Below are positions 57,978 to 64,000 of a stretch of DNA of 64,000 nucleotides, one piece after another; position 1 is the stretch's first letter, and each line of letters starts with the position of its first letter. This stretch comes from Neophaeotheca triangularis. Taxonomy: Eukaryota. The notes under the pieces were generated by a model, which worked only from the letters and a program-made list of their open reading frames with translations, was not told the origin of the DNA and ran no database searches. The DNA is taken from the NCBI GenBank assembly GCA_054600435.1, contig BAAIJX010000037.1:1-64000 (forward strand), given 5' to 3'. The translations under genes were made by a program, and so were the position numbers.

Positions 57978-59628
57978 ATGACCCCGTCGCGTGAGGGTTT
58001 GGACGGCCTGTCGTCCTCCCAGCTTGAGAGTAATGGCCAGTCTACAGTAGTCTGGGCCGCCGCCACCATCTGCCTCATCTGGTTTGTTGCTGTTGTTTTG
58101 GTCTGCGCAATTGGATATACCCAGTTGTACGTTCTCTCCTTTGCAGCCAGAAGACTTCAACCATAGTTCGCTGACAACCGACAGATGGAGGTATTTCTCC
58201 TCGAAAACGGCGAAGGAGGCGTGGACATCAAGCGAAGCACCAGACATCACCATCATCAGACCGCTCAAAGGACTAGAACCCAGCCTCTATGATTGCCTGG
58301 CCTCTACCTTCCGCCAGGACTATCCACACGAAAAGCTCCACATCCGCTTCTGCATCCCTGATCGCAATGATTCCTCGCTCCCCGTGTTGCAGCGTCTACT
58401 CAACGACTTCCCCAACTTCGACGCTCAAATCCTAGTCGAAGCCGAAGACCCCGAACTACAGCGAGACCTCCTCGGCCCCAACCCTAAAGTCCGCAACATG
58501 AGCCGCGCCTACCGTGAAGCTGTCGGAAACCTCATCTGGATCATCGACTGCAACGTCTGGATCGCCAAAGGCGTTTGCGGACGCATGGTAGCCAAACTCC
58601 ACGGCCAGGGCACGCCGCACCGCAACAAGTTCGTCCACCAACTGCCCCTCGTCATCGACACAATCGGCACCACCACCCGCGAAGAAACCCAAGGCCTCCT
58701 CAACCCCAGCCCCTCAGACGACCTCATCCGCACCTCCAGCGCCTCGGTGGAATCCGGCACCACCACCACCAACAACCGCACTATCCAAGCCATCGGCGGC
58801 GGCAGGCTGGAGGAGTGTTTCATGTCGTCCTCGCACGCGAAATTCTACACGGCCATCAATACCGTGCTGATCGCTCCCTGCATCGTAGGCAAGAGCACCA
58901 TGTTCCGGCGGTCGCACCTGGACAGCTTGACCGACAACAAGGGCATCGACTACTTCAGCGAGAACATCTGCGAAGACCACTTGATCGGTGATCTCCTCTG
59001 GAAGGGCCAAGTTCCCGAAGAGCAGCGCGGCGAGACGTGGGGCAAGCATGCTATGGTTTTTGGGGATCTGGCTGTGCAGCCCATGGCTGGTATGAGCGTG
59101 GCGGAGTATGTGCGGCGACGGGTTAGGTGGTTGCGAGTCCGGAAATTCACCGTCACGCTCGCGACGTTGGTTGAGCCGGGTACGGAGAGCTTTCTGTGCT
59201 CGCTATATGGCGCTTTTGCTTTCACTACACTGCCGATTTTCAATGAGAGCGTGGCGATTCCGCAGTCCTGGACGGCTTTTGCGGGCTTTTGGTTAGCGAT
59301 TGTCGTGGTTTGGTGTTTTGTGGACTGGACGCTTTACCGAAAATTGCATTCAGCCGCTTCGATCGAAGTCGATGAGAATACGCCTGCTTTTGCCCGGCCG
59401 CCGAGGGATGTTGGACGGCGGCCTTTGGGAGAGTGGCTGCTATCTTGGCTAGGCAGGGAAGCTTTGGCGCTGCCGATTTGGATGTGGGCGTTTTGGGGAG
59501 GCACGCAGGTCGAGTGGCGGGGAAGGAGGTTCCGTGTAGGCATGGACATGAAAGTGCACGAGCTTGAGAACGAGGAAGTCAACGGGAATTTGGATGTGTC
59601 GGGCTCGTCGAAAGCTAGGAGAGATTGA
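57978..59628 (+). CDS. GCS1: Ceramide glucosyltransferase (glucosylceramide synthase, GT21); intron 58127-58184
   Basis: N-terminal TM, IIRPLKGLEP, GPNPKVRNM, WIIDCNVW, VGKS, ICEDHL, RRVRWLRVRKF, WLGRE. Confidence 0.95.
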
Positions 59629-59656
59629 TAGAATATAGAGAAGAGTCTTTCCGCTT

Positions 59657-61114
59657 CTACCGCTTCCGCGCATTCACGTTCCTACCAGCTCCCACCTTGA
59701 TGCGTCCACCGGCCTTCCCGCGATCTCCCGTCAATATTCCAGGCAGGTAATCCTCGTCCATCAACCCCCGCTCCTTCGTCTTCTTCTCCTGCGTCACAGC
59801 CCGCTGGTACTCCTTCTGGTCCTCGGCCAAAATCAATTCATTGCCCCAATGCCCCTTACCTCCGCCCCTAACCCTGCCATTCGCAGACCCATGCACCGGT
59901 TTCGGGATACTATACTTTTCGCCCTTATTATTCCACTGCATGTTCTTCTTCAAATGCAGGCGGAACTCGCCATTGGCACTCGTACTGCACGTAACGCGAG
60001 TGAGCGTCGGTTTCCCGCACTTGGTGCAGAACTGCTTGCTCATGTCCTTGCAGAGGGTGAAGCAGGCGTGGCAGCGGAGCACAAAGGTCTTCAGATGCTT
60101 GACGCGGTGTAAAGTTGGGCTGAGAAGGTTGAGCCCGATTTGGAGGATTACATTTTGCATGGCGTAATCGGTTGTCAGGACGGCGGCTTGCATGGTTTTG
60201 GGCTCGGTGGTTTCGAGTTTGCTGGAGCCGGTGCTGTCAATGGCTTGCTTCTTTTTAAGATTCGAGGGAGTTATCCAGCCGCCGCCGTCGTCTGAGGAGT
60301 GGTCGTCCTCGATGTCGTCGGGTGGATTTGAGGTGGAGTTTTGCGTTATGTCGAGTCTGGGCGTGTTTGTTTCTTGTGGGGTTTCCTGACTTGCTTGCTG
60401 GGATTCCCCTGTCGGTTGAAATGGCCCTGGCTGGTTTGTTGTGTCGTCGAGCGTGGTATCGGCCAGTTTCTCGGTGATGGACGGCGCATTTGTGAGCGCG
60501 GCACCGCCGTCTCTCTCGTCGTCGCCATTGCTTGCTGCCGCCTCTATTTCTTTAGCCGGCTCTGGCATTTTAATTTCATCGACGGGACCCTTGGGGGTTT
60601 CCGTCTCGATATGAGTTGGCCTCTCGTTGTCACTGGTCATTGGCTTCGCCCATGGCGCTACTGGTGCCGGCTTTGAATCATCTTTCGCCACCTCCTGCTC
60701 CTGCGCTGTAGCCTCTGCCTTCGCTTCACCCTTCTCGGGAGGCGATCCATTCATGCCCTTCTGACCCGGCGTCCTCCTCAACCTCCAATCCCCCTGATTC
60801 CGCTCACATTCAATCTCATACGTAAGAGCGATAATCTGAATGTCCGGTTTGCTGAGAACTGCCAAGTCTCCCGTTCTCCGTGCAAAGTCCGTTACAAATT
60901 TGACGCTCGTTGGATTCGGTGTGCGCAACGTTAAAAAGGGCATGAGTGTGGATCCCACCCGTGTTCTTGTCGTGGCATCTTTGATTTCAGAAATAATAGC
61001 CGGGACTGTGATGAGATTTTCTGACTGGCCGATCAAGGTTGATACTGAGGGCTCGTTGCGGATAATGGCTCCCGTGTCCAAAACGAGTGTATTCACTGGT
61101 TTTTGTTGCTCCAT
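59657..61114 (-). CDS. NOB1: 20S pre-rRNA D-site endonuclease (PIN domain + zinc ribbon)
   Basis: LVLDTGA, TGDLAVLSKPD, GGWITPSN, TTDYAMQNV, LRCHAC..FCTKCG. Confidence 0.97.
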   Translation of the reverse strand: MEQQKPVNTLVLDTGAIIRNEPSVSTLIGQSENLITVPAIISEIKDATTRTRVGSTLMPFLTLRTPNPTSVKFVTDFARRTGDLAVLSKPDIQIIALTYEIECERNQGDWRLRRTPGQKGMNGSPPEKGEAKAEATAQEQEVAKDDSKPAPVAPWAKPMTSDNERPTHIETETPKGPVDEIKMPEPAKEIEAAASNGDDERDGGAALTNAPSITEKLADTTLDDTTNQPGPFQPTGESQQASQETPQETNTPRLDITQNSTSNPPDDIEDDHSSDDGGGWITPSNLKKKQAIDSTGSSKLETTEPKTMQAAVLTTDYAMQNVILQIGLNLLSPTLHRVKHLKTFVLRCHACFTLCKDMSKQFCTKCGKPTLTRVTCSTSANGEFRLHLKKNMQWNNKGEKYSIPKPVHGSANGRVRGGGKGHWGNELILAEDQKEYQRAVTQEKKTKERGLMDEDYLPGILTGDRGKAGGRIKVGAGRNVNARKR

Positions 61115-63659
61115 GGTGTCGGTTCGGATATTGTGTGTCCAGTAAGTTTGGTTTTGGGTGAGTGCAAGATTTTACTGAGGTTTTCGAGCTGGAGGTGCAG
61201 GTGAGTCTGATGGCAAAAAGTTTGTATTACATAAGCGAGACAACCCAACGGTGACACGAACAGACGGAAGGCACGAACCCAAAGTGAACGACATTTCTTG
61301 ATCCTCTACTACAACAATCGAGCTGAGCATACTTGGAGAACGACATACAGCCAATCTCTATCTAGCCGGAGATCTCCTTTCGATAACAGCCTCGCAAGGA
61401 GTCCCAAAACCCTTTCGGCGATGGGGACTAGTCGCAAAGGCTCAAGTAGGCCTTTTGCCTTTCTCAGGGATTCCCGTATCAATGCCTGCACGATCGGTCG
61501 GCCACAAGACCATTTGCTGTAACAAGCGAACAAAGCCCCCTCCAGGGATTTTGCAAGCTGGGCTTCTGAGGGAGTACCTGGTAACCGACTTGCTGACGCC
61601 CTTGGGACTCCAACCTCGTTCGTCGCCGTACGTCTCGTACCGTACCTAGCCTTTGCTCCAAATGTCTTCCAGAACGGACTGCTGGTTGTAATACTCTTTG
61701 TTCGAGAAGCGGACGACTTATCTCGCTCGCTTACTCGATGTGGTATGCTCAGTCAAGCCGGCCAGAACGGGGTGTTACCGACTCGTTGTCGTGCATTCTT
61801 TCGGCAAGCCGAAAAGAGAACTATGAGGCTGTGCTCTTTCGACTTTCAAATTCCTTGAGGCCTCCAAGGTTGATAGCTCGAAGTCGTTCAGTCGCTCGGG
61901 GGCTCGGTCGTAAGGCCGAACGAATCGCGCTTTGGTGCAACCACCCGTATTGCAACGCTGATGCTGAACTTGGCCTGCTGACGCTTTCGTCAAATCTTCC
62001 CAAGTCCTGGTCGCGTCGGCATCATGGCCTGACAAGAGAAAGTTACGGCCCGAGCGGATCATGCCGATAAGTCAAATTATTCCTGCCCAACCGCCGATTT
62101 CTTCGGTCTTGCGGCAGATCTTGTCTGGATCTAGTCCGCCTTTCTCCCCTATTGGACGGACCGACGACACACTCGACTTACAGGTAGTTGACGATTCGTC
62201 GTGGGATGAGCCAGTGCAATGCCCGGCTAGCATATAAGCTGTAGTGCCCTGACTTCTTCCATCGGTGTCTCAGGGTGGTTTTTCTTTTGGCCTTCTGTCG
62301 TCACATTTCGTTGATCGAAGGATGTAATTTAACCTGTTCGTTCCGGCAGATACGGCGCGGTCAGAACGCCGCATGAAGACACTGATCTGGACCAATGGTC
62401 ACAAGGTGTTGTCCACATAGGCAACTCGCAATCTAGACTCAGAAGCCGGTGAGCCCTTTGGTGGTTCGCTTCATGCAGTTTCGAAGGCAAAGTGGCGTTT
62501 CCGTTAAAGCGCGCAAGCCCGCATACTTACGCCCTCCTGCGACCTTGGCCCATCCTTGATGGCCTCTCTGCTTCAAATACAAAGGCTTCCCGCTGATTCG
62601 AACGAACTCGACATTTGCGGTTTTCCATCGCAAGACTTACGACGTCTTTTGCCAGTTGCTGCTGTCACGCCGGATTTCCCCTGCAGCTCGGCTGTTTTGG
62701 TCGCATGATGAGCCTATCAGAACGAAGAGCTCCGCCTAGGCACTGAGCTTTGCCTCTAAACCAGGACTTCAGCAACGCGTTACGAAGATGTGGAGTCTTT
62801 ATAGACTATCTAACAGGCAACCGATTGCAAAAGTTGAGCCTCAAAAGCTCGTCTGGTTTGCGTACCATTGGACCTACTTGCCTCAAGCGAAAGGGTGGTC
62901 AGCAATCCTCCAGCTTCCTCCGCAATCGCCTGTCGATTCTGAAATCACCGATCCGCTGCTACACGGAATCACTCGAGCCGCCAAGGTACCAACCGCTGAG
63001 GTCTACATCTCGGACTTGGCCGATGATACACTGCTCGATGCCACTACGCGTGAACGTCGAGATCAGCTTGCCTCCACGTGCTGTGCCTTCCCACGTCATT
63101 TCAAGTCAGAGACAACTACATTCCAACTTCAGCCCAGGTACCGAGATAATGGCCCTCCTCGCGAATGCAAGACGCTGATAGGCGCTTCACAGCGGTATGT
63201 GATGGCCAGCGGAGCTTGAGCGCCATGAGTACCCACTAAAACTCTTGGATGAGCTCTTTCACCAGCATTCGAGCACGTGGAGCCATTATTCCAGGTTTCA
63301 CAGCAGGGTCAGTGGCTAAAAATCGCGGGACAACCATGTCCGTTAGCAGCTCGGCAGGTAGGAGGTCATTCCGGTGCTCACACAAACTGTCTCGGCATTA
63401 GGCTCTGCCGTTGGAGAGCGCTTTCTTAAACCTCGAGAGCGACTCCCAATGGTTACTGGCACACCGGTTGGCACAGTCACGTGCATTGGTCTTGCCCACG
63501 AAGGCGATACTACACGCTCTTCAAGGGGTAATGATGCCCAAACTAAATTGCTTTTTTCTGTGACCACGGGAAAGCTCGTGAAAAAAGAGCAAGAGCGCAA
63601 GTATATGAAGTCGAGCCCTCGCCCTTTCAGGTAGTCAGCTGAAGTCCCTTTTCCGAACC

Positions 63660-64000
63660 ATGGCAAACCAACAACAGGTAAGTGCTAGCACAGTTTTGGC
63701 GGTCAGCCTCCCACTAATGGCAACCATTTCCCAGCTGCCCGTGATCTGCTTTCAAGTCCAGCCCATGAGACCAAGCCCGCAATTCAGACAGCAATTCGGT
63801 CCGACTGGGTATTGGATCCCTCCCAAGCCTCGTGAATCAAACGTCCTCCTACCCGGGCTCACAACGAATAACTGGTATCGCTACGATGGTACGCAGGTTC
63901 AGCAGATGCAACCGCCACCCGAGCAATCGCGTCGCCTTTACAGCCAGCACTCGATGTACTACGAAGAGGGACACTTCTGGATCGTCAAGGGCGACGCATC
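63660..64000 (+). CDS. 5' part of a hypothetical gene running off the window; exon 63660-63677, intron 63678-63734, exon 63735 onward
   Basis: ATG, then CAG|GTAAGT...CTAAT...CCAG; spliced frame MANQQQLPVICFQVQP...WYRYDG...HFWIVKGDA stays open to the window end. Confidence 0.7.
   Translation, partial: MANQQQVSASTVLAVSLPLMATISQLPVICFQVQPMRPSPQFRQQFGPTGYWIPPKPRESNVLLPGLTTNNWYRYDGTQVQQMQPPPEQSRRLYSQHSMYYEEGHFWIVKGDA

Noticed and set aside
61200..63650. Several 60-143 aa ORFs, possible pseudogene or transposon relic
   Set aside because: No transposase or RT motifs, terminal repeats or joinable exons recognised
1..64000. Secondary-metabolite cluster (ALDH, SDR, EthD, DUF1772-like, TF)
   Set aside because: No PKS, NRPS or terpene backbone gene, and the genes are scattered among housekeeping loci

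Overview
Gene-dense window from a filamentous ascomycete (Pezizomycotina), inferred from short GT-AG introns with CTRAC/CTAAY branch points and fungal gene families. I can build about 27 protein-coding models, many spliced and therefore fragmented in the ORF track. Conserved housekeeping genes include PPX1, SGT1, SEN2, an AIM25-type scramblase, YAH1, UGO1, a p24 cargo receptor, LCL2, glucosylceramide synthase and NOB1. Accessory genes include an ALDH, a GT31 glycosyltransferase, an SDR, a C2H2+Zn2Cys6 transcription factor, a subtilisin, a catalase-like heme protein, an NSS/SLC6 transporter and secreted or membrane proteins. I found no tRNA, rRNA, CRISPR array or intact transposon. Best candidate for an undescribed system: a head-to-head pair at 26.5-32.0 kb sharing a 316-bp promoter. 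One gene encodes a HET-S/HeLo-like N-terminal helix plus a pseudokinase-like C-terminus (MLKL-like layout). The other encodes a helical N-terminal domain plus two zinc-finger blocks. Together they resemble a paired sensor/executor cell-death module; this function is inferred only. Second highlight: a HAD phosphatase gene with an intron-encoded alternative N-terminus carrying a PTS2-like signal, and 27 strongly coding-biased codons after its TAG stop. Family names come from recalled motifs, not database searches.
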